Shown: positions 52,840-64,000 of the stretch, piece after piece | Layout of the letters: each line of letters opens with the position of its first letter | Position numbering within the stretch: position 1 is the first letter of the stretch | Assembly: GCF_006345805.1 (NCBI RefSeq) | Contig: NC_043000.1 | Coordinates: 127,038,001 to 127,102,000 of the forward strand | Reading direction: 5' to 3' | DNA: 64,000 nucleotides | Origin: Octopus sinensis | Lineage: Eukaryota | The notes under the pieces: generated by a model | Told to the model about the DNA's origin: nothing | The model's input: the letters and a program-made list of their open reading frames with translations, nothing else | Database searches by the model: none | Translations under genes and position numbers: made by a program

Positions 52840-53900
52840 CAGGCTAGTGATTTAACCTGCAGTGCCGTGAAAAGTTCAAAAGTGTAGTTTGTTCATCTAT
52901 GGTTGTGTGTGTGATGTGATGGATGAGGCTACATAAGTGACACTTATGTAACTAACACACATTGCAAACCAGCTGTCAACTAATGGAATAAACATCTCTT
53001 CTCTTACTTCTCTCATCTCATCTGGTCAATTTTTATATGTACTCTCCAGTAAGTTCAACAGACCATTGATTACAATCCTAGAATGTCTATGAGGTCAATT
53101 GCAAATTATCTCCATGTGTCAGAAGGAATAGTCAGAAATTATATCCACAAAGACGTCAGATATAAGACTTATTTGATGAGGAAAGGTCAATTTGTCAGAA
53201 AAAGCAAAAGAAAACACTACATCAGATCTAAAATGCTCTTAAATAAACTGAAAAATCCAGCAGGAAATTTGATTTGGTTTTTCTCAAATGAGAAAAACTT
53301 TGACCAAGATCAAAAAGTTAACAGAAGAAATGACAGATGGTTATGTGCAGACCCATCAGAAGTTTCAAGTGTTATGTATATAAAATTTCCTGCAACTGTC
53401 ATAGTTTTAGGGGTTATCAGCAATGAAGGACATGTGATGCTTCCTTTCTTCTTTCCCCAAGGCCTTAGAGTTAATCCTGCTGCCTACACTGAGGTTCTGG
53501 AAATAATTGTTAAGCCTTGAATAGACAGTGTATTCAATGGAAGGCCATATGTGTTTCAGTAAGACTCTGCACTATCACACATGCTTCTAGTAACACAGGA
53601 ATGGATGGCTGAAAATTTTCATGATCACATAACCCCTAACATTTGGCCTTCTAATTCCACAGATTTCAATCCATGTGGAGTGTTGTTGAGAGAGAAGCCA
53701 ATGAACATGCCCATTACACCAAAGGTTCTTTGAAAGCTTCCACAGTCAGAGTAATGTTCAAAATTAACCCAGACCACTTGATTTGAGAATGTAGATGATT
53801 TAGATGTCATATAGAAGCATTTGTTGAAGCTGAAGGTGGCTTTATTGAATAACATTATAGAAAAGGTTTATTTTATTTGATAAATAAAGTTATCTGTTAT
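52840..53900 (+). mobile_element. Decayed DD37D (maT-type) transposon
   Basis: WFFSNEKNFDQDQKVNRRNDRW...VIVLGVISNEGHVMLPFFFPQGLRVN...YVFQ*DSA...HITPNIWPSNSTDFNP, with stops and a deletion. Same family as 22390-23110 in the opposite orientation. Ends approximate. Confidence 0.85.
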
Positions 53901-54291
53901 TATATATCTGTTTTTCTTTTTTTTATATACATTAATCTGTTCTCAAATATCTTATGTACATTAAGAAAAAGAGGGAGTCAAGATATGGATAAAAAGCAAA
54001 AATATTTATTTAGTACTTTCATCCATTTAATCCACTAAATAAATAGTTTTTATCCAAATCCTGTCTAATGGTTGTGTCTTCTAGTCTTGACATTGCACGA
54101 ATATTGTAAGTGAATGTCATTCATTTGCAATATCCTGTAAAAACATGTCTGGCCATAGGAGAATATTATCTTCTTTCAAAAAAGGTGTGGGTTGGCAACA
54201 TAAAGGACATCCACACTGCAGAAAATCTACCTCTAAAAATTTCACCCAATGCATGCTAGCATGAAACAAAGGAAATTAAAATAATGATTTA

Positions 54292-54341
<50 letters not shown>

Positions 54342-54344
54342 ATA

Positions 54345-54648
54345 TGTGATCACGTGACCGACCAGACCATCAGATGTTGCTATACATCGCTGGTCACAAT
54401 GCGTTCGCATTGTTTTAGCCTTCGAATGACGCCACCCCGCTGGCTAAGTGAGCAGGCCAACAGAAGAAAGAGTGAGAGAAAGAGTGGTGAAAGAGTACAG
54501 CAGGGATCACCACCCCCTGCCGGAGCCTCGTGGTGCTTTAAGGTGTTTTCGCTCAATAAACACACACAACGCCTGGTCTGGGAATCGAAACCGCGATCCT
54601 ACGACCGCGAGTTCGCTGCCCTAACCACTAGGCTATTGTGCCTCCACA
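54345..54648 (-). mobile_element. tRNA-derived SINE (same head type as 2086-2378, different body)
   Basis: Head gtggaggcacaatagcctagtggttagggcagcgaactcgcggtcgtaggatcgcggtttcgattccc; CpG-rich. A 3' fragment of the same family lies at about 50255-50340. Confidence 0.8.
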
Positions 54649-54650
54649 TG

Positions 54651-54699
<49 letters not shown>

Positions 54700-55449
54700 G
54701 TATACAAACATACACATACCAGTTCACATATATACATGCCTAGTATCAGTTATACAAATATGGCTATATATACATATATACAACTATGCTCATATTCATA
54801 CACACTTTGTTTACATACATACACACAATCCTGCATGTTCAGCGACACACATCATATACAACGCATAAATACACACGTTCACATATATACATCATGCACA
54901 CTCACCGGTCTCTCAGCTATTTATACCACAACCAGATATGTCGACATGAGGTAACATTATGAAAGGATAAACGAGAATTTGTTACGTTAATGTCTTTCCA
55001 AAGCAAATTAATAAGACAAATAATGTGAAATGACTGAAAATGAGGAATTGCAAATGTGTTAGCAATTTTATTTACTGCTAACTTGGTTTTGGTTTAACAT
55101 TACTTTTTGATGCGGTTTCACCAAATATATCCAACACATCATACATCAAGCATAAACAATAGTGTTGAAGCAATTGTTTCTCTGATGCTTACTAGGAAGA
55201 CATAATTTCAGCAATGGCCAACTCTAACCTCATAATTATATCTCGTGGTAATTACTTATTAATTAAGGTATTATGTGTTTAAAAAAAATGTAATGATAAT
55301 TGTCATTATGTATAAGAGTATGTACAAGCGGAAAACTGTTCAGATGATATATGCTATTAATAGGAGAGATTTCCAGACACAATTCAAGACATCTTGATGC
55401 AAATATCAATACTTATGAAGGACAGAGAGCATAGCATTTAAAGAAATGC

Positions 55450-55485
<36 letters not shown>

Positions 55486-56070
55486 ATACATATATATGTA
55501 TGTTTAGACGTAAATGTTAAATTTAGATTATTATTTTCAAGTGAGTTTTAGAATAACAACAGAACATCTACAAATGGGGTGAATCAATGCAGAATGTAGA
55601 ATCAAATATATTGTAAGATTGAAGAGCAGCTACTTCAACTAGTATGTATGTATATACGCGTGTGTGTGTGTGTGTGTGTGTGTTTGTGTGTGCATGTGTG
55701 TGCATGCACACACATACACACATGCATGTATATATATCATCATCATCATTTAATGTCTGTTTTCCATTCTGATGGTTTGACTAAAAGCTGGTAAGCCGGG
55801 GAGGAGCACTAGGCTCCAATCTGATCTGGCATGTTTCTACAGCCAGATGCCCTTCCTAACGCCAACCACTCTAAGAGTGTAGTGGGTGCTTTTTACATGC
55901 CAGTTACAAAACACCAGCATCAGCCACAACTATGATCTCACTTGGCTTGACAGGTCTTCTCAAGCTTGGCATATTGCCAAAGGTATCAGTCATCTGTCAC
56001 TGCCTCCATGAGGCCCAAAGTTCAAGGGGTGCTTTTTACATTCCACCAGCATACTTGCACCCGTGCCAGT

Positions 56071-56117
<47 letters not shown>

Positions 56118-56149
56118 AGTTGTTTCTGTTGAATGATCTAACTATACGT

Positions 56150-56296
56150 GCAAGAGTGGCTGTGTGGTAAGATGCTTGCTTACCAACCACATGGTTCCAG
56201 GCTCATTCTCACTGCATGGCACCTTGGGCAAGTGTCTTCTACTAAAGCTTTGTGAGTGGATTTGGTATAGACAGAAACTGAAAGAATCCCATCGTA

Positions 56297-56353
<57 letters not shown>

Positions 56354-56548
56354 GTATGTATATGTTTGTGTGTCTGTGTTTGTCCCCCCCAACATTGCTT
56401 GACAACCAATGGTGGTGTGTTTACGTACCCGTAACTTAGTAGTTCAGCAAAAGAGACCGATAGAATAAGTACTAGGGGTTGATTTGTCGACTAAAGGTGG
56501 TGCTCCTGCATGGCCGCAATCAAATGACTGAAACAAGTAAAAGAGTAA
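56150..56548 (+). mobile_element. SINE family A (tRNA-like head, ccttgggcaagtgtcttc core, internal TA/CA microsatellite, ...aaacaagtaaaagag tail), representative full copy
   Basis: Homologous copies at about 1157-1665 (-, partly duplicated), 11735-11900, 12630-12780, 14825-14920, 15140-15260, 17600-17760, 20200-20480, 20820-21227 (-), 21685-21840, 26020-26250 (-), 27060-27180, 27270-27660, 46500-46770, 52690-52835 and 62095-62220 (-). Confidence 0.8.
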
Positions 56549-56738
56549 CTAATGTCCAAGGGGTCTTTTTTAATGCTCACCAGTGGTACCTGTTTTTGTT
56601 ATTTGTGTTTTGTAATCACTGGTAGTACATGTACCATACTTGCACCAGCTAAATATGTGCAATGTTCCTTGAATTGTTCACACAGAGACTTTAAGTCCTG
56701 AATGTAAACCCCCATACTCATATCATTTAATATATATG

Positions 56739-56775
<37 letters not shown>

Positions 56776-56930
56776 TTGTGTATGTGTACAAATATGCACA
56801 CACTCATTTATTCATTTTGTTTGTGTCTATTTTTCTATGGCAGCATTAGGTGAATAAATATTGTTGAGGCAGTGTTTTACAGTTAAATGTCTGCCATTTT
56901 GCTAAGTCTACCCATTTTATAAATAAAGTA

Positions 56931-57496
56931 TTGGGTTGTCCGGAAAGTTTGTGCCGATTTATAGTAGCTTACCTTTCGACTTATTTTAGAACATGGTTGA
57001 GTCCATTAAATAAGATTTGACTGCAACTCCATTTAGAGCACAGTTTAAGCTATCTTTTCGTGGAAGAAGGTTTATGTTCCTATAACCCGTGTTAATTTTG
57101 TAACCCTTTAAAATGGAAGATAAGAAAGGTCATTTTCGGCACTTGATGCTTTGGGAACCAGACAAAAATTGCTGCAGCTCAGCTGGGATATGTTACCCTA
57201 CCCTCCATATTCACCAGATATTGCTCCTTCGGATTTCCACTTTTTCAGATCTCTGCAGAATAGTCTTAATGGTAAAAATTTCAATTCCTTGGATGACGTA
57301 AAAAGATACCTTGATGAATTCTTTGCCATGAAACCCACTCAATTCTGGGAAGACGGTATTTTCAAGTTAAAGAAAAGATGGAGACGCATTGTGCAACAAA
57401 ATGGTTCATATTTGGTTGATTAAAAATGTAATGGCAAGTATTTATTGACCTTTTTCTTTCCTTTAAAAATCGGCACAAACTTTCCAGACAACCCAA
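56931..57496 (+). mobile_element. Internally deleted mariner (DD34D) element, 566 bp, with intact TIRs and TA target duplication
   Basis: TIR ttgggttgtccggaaagtttgtgccgattt and its near-perfect reverse complement, flanked by TA at 56929-56930 and 57497-57498. The N-terminus MEDKKGHFRHLML is joined directly to the C-terminal PPYSPDIAPSDFHFFRSLQN...GIFKLKKRWRRIVQQNGSY motif. Confidence 0.92.
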
Positions 57497-58959
57497 TAAG
57501 TTCAATTCCACACATCTTTGAAAACACAGAACTACCAGACAGTATTCTCTGTTCCATTTCCCTGTCATCAAATTATCCTGTAGCTCGGCACTTTCAAAGA
57601 TGGATGGAATAAAAACTCCCTTACTTGAAAAACACAAAAATTACTAGCAGGAAGGGCAGCTGGCTGTTAACCATTGCTTTGATAATATGTATTCATCTAA
57701 CCCATGCTAGTAGTAAAACAAACAGATGTAAAATGAATAGACAAACAAACAAATATATGCACAATCTACAAAAATTTTCAGAGAAATTGTTTAGGCAAAT
57801 AATGTAACAAGAGTTGAACAACTGGTGAAGAATAAGTTTGCATATTAATATCATTTTAAATATATATACATACACACAAACACATACACACACACACTAT
57901 CTCTCTCTCACACACACAAACATACACACACGTCCATACACAAGTTATAGACAATAAATATCAGAAATTTAATATTTTACAATTCCATTAAGAAAACTGA
58001 ATAAAAGTAAGGTGGGATAAAAGAATGAAAGACAGAAGAGGATTTGGAATGAATTAGATATACACAACAACACAAAACAAAAAAGAAAAAAATGAAAAAA
58101 GAATAAAATAAAATAAAACAAAATGGAGAGGAATCTATAAAATCAATCTCTTTTCTTATTTCACTTTAATATGTTTTCCTATATTCATAAAGTGAATGAT
58201 GTGCTTTACCTAAGGACATAACATAATGCCAGAGTTTAGATTTGAATCGACACAATCGTCACAATTCTTCTAAGAATGCAATCACCATTTCCATCTTATC
58301 TTTTTATCATTCTTTATTGTTATTATTATTATTGTTGTTTTTCTTTTTTTTTTTAATACAAAGGAATGACTTGATGCCATTATTTACTTAAGGTGAATCC
58401 ACAAACAATGTATTTCAAGGTGTGACACTGAAATCATCTATTCAGCAAATAATCTATCAATAATTGATTAGGTAGGTGTAGGGGCTGGCAGCATAATAGA
58501 TTTCGTCTTCGTGAAGTAATTCACAGGAAGATGTGCTGGAGTGGGTCTCCATGGGAAGATTTTTTTTGTGCAACCTTGCAAAATAGCAAAAAAGTAATGC
58601 TATGAATTATATAGTACTTTCCACCATCCCACTTCACTGCTTGATTTCTTATTTCACTATAGAATTGTACTTGCCGATGGTACCTATTTACAGCTAAGCA
58701 AGTTGAGTCATAGAGACGTTAATGTCTTTATCAAAGAATTAGGTAAAGTGTTAGAAACAGAATACAAACTATCTACCCTTTGGCTAGTAGACTATCAGCC
58801 TAACAACTCACTCAGCTGTTATTCTCAAATAATTTACATCACCAACTCTGGAAGTATGTGCTATCGTTTCTATGTGAAGTATTGATTACAAAAGTTTGTG
58901 TTCTTGAATATATATTCTTTTACTATAAAATATCTATCACAAGGTCTGGTCCTTCTTGC

Positions 58960-59290
58960 AGTGCAATGGCTGTGTGCTTCAATGACCCTAGAGAGCTGCA
59001 CCAGCCGAGCATGAGTTCCTACTAAGGGCCTCCCATACTAGACTGAAGAAAGGATGGAGATAAGATTAATAACACCTTCTAGAGATAAAAATGGATTCAT
59101 ATAGGACAGTGCTTCTACATAGAAAAAAGTGAAGTTACAGAAGCATTGATGATAATTCAAAAACTTGAGAGAACAAGGCCATCCCTCAGAGAAGCAGAAA
59201 AAAACCCACCCAAAACCAAGAAGGGAGGACAATAGTCATTGATGGTTTATGCTCCATAGGGAGGGAAAGGCTTAAGTAAGTAACCATTGA
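58960..59290 (-). mobile_element. Older fragment, probably of the same CR1-like LINE
   Basis: Patchy similarity of about 59170-59285 to about 4400-4505 (ttgatgg...gctcca.agg..g.aaag..ttaag.aagtaa). Confidence 0.35.
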
Positions 59291-62007
59291 ATATGCCTTA
59301 TACTACAAACATAAATTTATTGAAAAAAAATATACTATGGCAACTGGCGGAGGATTATCATTATCTGGAATGCTATCAGTTACTTGTAGTTTTCTACTAG
59401 TCAGTGGTATATCAACCACTAAGGTGGCGAGCTGGCAGAAACGTTACCACACCGGGCGAAATGCTTAGTGGTATTTCGTCTGCTGTTACGTTCTGAGTTC
59501 AAATTCCGCTGAGGTTGACTTTGCCTTTCATCCTTTCGGGGTCGATTAAATAAGTACCAGTTACGCACTGGGGTCAATCTAATTGACTTAATCCGTTTGT
59601 CCTCTCTGTGTTTAGCTCCTTGTGGATAGTAAAGAAATAGGTATATCAACCACTGCAATCTATAAATGTTTAGTTGTGACCAGAAGTTATGACATTCTTG
59701 GATAGAATCTAGACAATGACAAAGGTTAGATGAACAGCTTATTCCAAACTACTTTCAGCCTGGTCTTTAGGCAATTTCAAGAAATTCCTAGCCATTGTTG
59801 ATTCAGAATAAACCCTGTACATATGACAGTGCTATCAACAGGGCTTGAACAAGATGTGTACAGAGTGAGAAAACTGTTCTGTATGCTTTCATTCAGTGGC
59901 AGCACATTGGTGGCTTATACAGCTATGTTGAACATGTATTCCAATAATTCTTGCTACTTTTACAAAACAATGATATAGAGATTAAATTTAGAAGAGTGTA
60001 ATTAGAGTCCTTGGTCACCTGGAGGTTGGTGTTGAAGCCACAGAGTTGAAGCCATTTATTTTCAATATACATGTTCCAATTATTTATCATTTTCAGTATT
60101 ATGTCAAGGTTACAGGGACTGCAGTTTAATGTTTCAACACTCAACCATCAACACTAATGATAACAATTTCTTTTGATTTATACCAAACACATATTTGTAG
60201 GTGAAGGAACAAGATAAATTAAATCAATGAAGTGTAAGATTTTTAATGAACCTCAATGAAGCAAAAAGTAAAAATAACTGCAATTAGATTTTAACTCAAG
60301 TCAAAGGCATAACTTTTTCAGGACTAAAACTCTTTGATAGATTATATATCTACAAAGGCATGATATAGATTTAAATTTATATCAACAAGATAGCCAGCTC
60401 GCATAATTTACTTCCAAGAAGACCGACATTTTGTCTAGGTATTGTGTATTTATAGTTAAATAACATTAAATGATAGTTTAGAATTCTGGCTATATTCAAC
60501 AACAATAGCAGCTGTAATACCTTTCATTGAATTCTAAAAAGCAGGATATATATATTCCACTTGAGAGCAAGTAATTTGTCATGTAACATTCTGTAACTAA
60601 CATCAAGTATTTGGTGAGTGGCTTAGGTGTCTTGAAGAAGTTAAATAAGTGAATGAGCTTCCAAGTAAATGTCTCCTACAGTAATAATGTACATTATCTG
60701 TATATTGTTAGCTTTAAACCAACAGAGTATTACATAAACACCTTCCTATAGATCTTCTATTCAGCTACATCAAGCCAGTCTCTTTCAAGTCTTCAAGACT
60801 GCCACAAGTGATAATATGAACAAATATCGGACAGTGTGAAGAAATTGTGAATACAATTCTTGTCATTTTTAAACAATCTTATGTCCATAATTCAATACTT
60901 TATTTATTTCCTCGAGTGTGATAAATAGTCTCAATGGCTTGACATTCTACAATCAGATGAAGCCGTTAATGGATAATTAGTGCTATTTACATTGCAGAAT
61001 AGGGAAATATTCCTGACATTGATAACACCATAAGTAAAGTGAGATAGCTACAACAAGTAATCAAAACCAAGGCTACACACTTGGCTTGCCAAACACTTAC
61101 TTTCTTGTTCTGTGATTCTTTGATGCTTACGATTACATTAACGCAAAATAAATAGATAAGATGGAAAATAAAAAATTCCATTTTGATATAACTGCATTTT
61201 TTTGAGATGTTGTGAATTTCTAATTTGCTAATGGATATAAAAAGAAAACTTATTCTTGATGAACAGCAGAATTAAGGAATGAGGAACACTGAATGAATAA
61301 AGGGATATAGATAATATATTATACAAAAAAAAACAAAACATCAGCATGTATGAACTAACCAAGATGAGCCTCACATTCATTTAAATTCACATCAAGCCGA
61401 CCAATAAATTTTTGCAATTTCTCTTAATACACAAGACAGAGCAGAAATTTTACTCAATGAACTTACACTTAACATATTTGATTATTTCTAAATCTAAATT
61501 ATCTGCACTAAAGTCTCAGAAAACAGTTCTTAACAAGTTTTCATTGGCCTGTCTTTAACTTCCACTTTGCTTCCATTAAATCATTTTAGCATGTATGATA
61601 TATTCACATGATGTGGCCATATCAGAGAAGCTGATGTTAGCCAATATCTTTGATGGCCAGTTACTTAAATACATTTTATTCCATCTTTCACACATGTTGA
61701 CCATTCTTTGCATTGGGAATACTACTATACTGACCATTTCTCTCAGGCCAGTGATACTCTTCCTTAAAAGATGTGTGCTTCTCAGTGTGTGTGTGTGTGT
61801 GTATGTATGTATGCATGTATACATGCATGTATGTGTGTACATACACGCACGCGTATACGTGTGTGTTATTGCATCAAAAGTTAAGAGTGTACTCTGAGTT
61901 TCACCTCAGGCTGGGCCACTCAAACAAACATATTTATTTCTATATAAGATTGTATTTGTACAATGTAAAATGCACTTGAATATACTTCACAACTCTTACA
62001 TTAAGAT

Positions 62008-62039
<32 letters not shown>

Positions 62040-62406
62040 GATATAGATATATACACATACATATATATACATATATATATATATACATATATATATTCTT
62101 TTTTACTCTATTTTATTTGTTTCAATCATTTGACTGCGGCCATGCTGGAGCACCGCCTTTAGTCAAACAAATCAACCTCAGGACTTACTCTATGTAAGCC
62201 TAGTAATCCTATCGGTCTTTTTTACTGAAACTATTCACTTAGATCACCAATGAACCAAACCCCTCATGAATATAGGAGAAATTAAGATAAACACAAGTTT
62301 ATATTATTAGTTCCTACATATGTTTCACTATTACAGCTGCTTGAACACTTTATTGCATTAAGTTACAGAGGACACCCAAAACGGGGTTCCAAACACAACT
62401 AAGTAT

Positions 62407-62671
62407 GGAGGCGCGTGGCTTAGTGGTTAGGGTGTCAGCATCATGATCGTAAGATTGTGGTTTTGACTCCTGGACTGGGTGACGCGTTGTGTTCTTGAGC
62501 AAAACACTTCATTTCACGTTGCTCCAGTCCACTCAGCTGGCAAAAATGAGTAACGCTGCGATGGACTGGCGTCCCGTTCAGCTGGGGAACACATACACCA
62601 TTGAAACTTGGAAACCGGGCCCATGAGCCTGGCTAGGCTTTAAAAGGGCGCATATATTTATTATTAATACT
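62407..62671 (+). mobile_element. tRNA-derived SINE with 9-bp TSD
   Basis: Head ggaggcgcgtggcttagtggttagggtgtc; TSD actaagtat at 62398-62406 and 62672-62680. Confidence 0.8.
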
Positions 62672-62842
62672 ACTAAGTATAGTAGTTACTTAACCACAAT
62701 ACTGCATGCAGACTGGAATATGATAATCTACATGGAGCTTTAAACATAACAACAGCGGTTGTATATCTATTGTATACACAAGGTATCAAATATATGAATG
62801 TATACTGACATATTAATATATGTGTGTGTATATATGTATGAA

Positions 62843-62878
<36 letters not shown>

Positions 62879-63140
62879 GATATATATATATACACACACA
62901 CACACAGACATCCACCTAGTCATTTAATGCCTGTACAACATCATATAGCATACCAAATCAATACAGCATCATCTTGCATGAAGAATGAATGGTAAATTCA
63001 TAACTGACCTTTTCATATTTACAGAAAACAAATCTGCCTATTTTTCCAATATTCTTCCCAATAATAAAACGAAGAATAAAAACAAAAATAAAATATAAAA
63101 AGACAAAATAAAAAAAATGTAAAAGAAAAAGTACACTTAC

Positions 63141-63443
63141 TGTAATTTTATCTTCAACAGCCTTTGGAGTTTCTTCCAATTCAATCCTTTCTAATTCTTG
63201 AGCATAATTAGCCAAGTCTCTATCAATTTCCATCTGATGTTCGAGGAAAGTTTTCCGGTCATGTTTCTCACATTCTTTAGCTTCTAAGACATTTCCAATG
63301 TGGCTCAAAATTTCTTCCCAGTCTTCTTGGATTGCTTGAATAATCGGGTCACTTAGTTGTGAGTTATGCTCAGTGAGCCGCCCATAGAGATGCTTCAAAT
63401 CATCAAGGGATTTCGATTTCTCTTCAACTTCACTCTTGAGAAT
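63141..63443 (-). CDS. Internal coding exon (303 nt, phase 0/0) of a giant spectrin-repeat protein (nesprin/spectraplakin-like): ILKSEVEEKSKSLDDLKHLYGRLTEHNSQLSDPIIQAIQEDWEEILSHIGNVLEAKECEKHDRKTFLEHQMEIDRDLANYAQELERIELEETPKAVEDKIT
   Basis: Acceptor ...aaacAG at 63445-63444 and donor GTAAGT at 63140-63135. 101 open codons of amphipathic helical, E/K/L-rich composition, with a Trp in a helix-C-like position (QEDWEEIL). Family assignment rests on the repeat pattern only. Confidence 0.9.
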
Positions 63444-64000
63444 CTGTTTATCAAAGCATAATTTAGACAAAATAAACAATGCCAAAAATAAATAAATAAA
63501 TAATAATAATAATAATGATAATAATAATAATGGTACATCACATGTATAATAATAATCATGATTTCTTTTATTTGCCACAGGGGCATGAGATGAGGAACAC
63601 AGTACAAAGACAGGCTACAGTGCGGGGGCCTACATAAAAGATGAGGGAAGAGAAAGGGGAAAGAAAAGAAAAAGAAGGTGAAATAAGATAAAAGGATACA
63701 TAGTATATGAAATATGTGAAACATGAATGATGCAGTTGTTCTGATACAGAACTTCCAGTTAGGGTCAAATAAGGAACCCCACAGATCTAGGATCACCTCA
63801 ACCAACAAAGGAACAAGCCCTTGTCCAATTGTTGTTCTCCAATCAACAGATGCATACTCAGAGTAAGTTCATTCACCCTAATCATTTTTACTAATTCACT
63901 GGGACATATCACTTCCCTCTGTACTCTCATTTTTCTTTTTGAGTGGAACTTTAAAAAGGTGATGAGGGCTACACCAACAATGTATATTATTATTATCAGT

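Noticed and set aside
62407-62480. tRNA-like sequences here and at about 2310-2378 and 54580-54648
   Set aside because: They lack a complete cloverleaf and run into SINE bodies with TSDs, so they are SINE heads rather than tRNA genes.
62958-63578. 206-aa ORF as a complete gene, with apparent signal peptide and transmembrane segments
   Set aside because: The hydrophobic ends come from intronic (TAT)n and T-rich sequence. Only 63443-63141 is bounded by splice sites.

Overview
AT-rich animal genomic DNA, dense in microsatellites and SINEs. The repeat families look like those of octopus (inference from recalled repeat sequences, not a database search). One protein-coding locus runs through the window on the minus strand. 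It is a giant spectrin-repeat protein of the nesprin/spectraplakin type, with exons at 63443-63141, 1967-1849 and 239-29 that splice in frame (phases 0/0, 0/2, 2/0) and give a 105-residue repeat period. The ~61-kb phase-0 intron between the first two exons (63140-1968) contains two more phase-0-compatible coding exons that the ORF track misses or truncates. The first is a 1.85-kb alternative terminal exon (38081-36228, then AATAAA) encoding a 617-aa Ser-rich disordered tail with five TQT (LC8/DYNLL-type) motifs. The second is an alternative first exon (15671-15576) encoding MGIVQSC plus a polybasic stretch, a myristoyl/palmitoyl/polybasic-type membrane anchor. The locus therefore appears able to make a full-length protein, an N-terminal half with a TQT tail, and a lipid-anchored C-terminal half. 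The rest of the intron holds tRNA-type SINEs, decayed LINEs (RLE/R4-like, RTE, CR1-like), mariner and DD37D (maT) transposon remnants, TTAA MITEs, a 194-bp near-perfect inverted repeat, a 50-bp tandem array and local duplications. Most ORFs in the supplied track are microsatellite or SINE artefacts. All isoform claims are predictions from splice signals and need RNA evidence.
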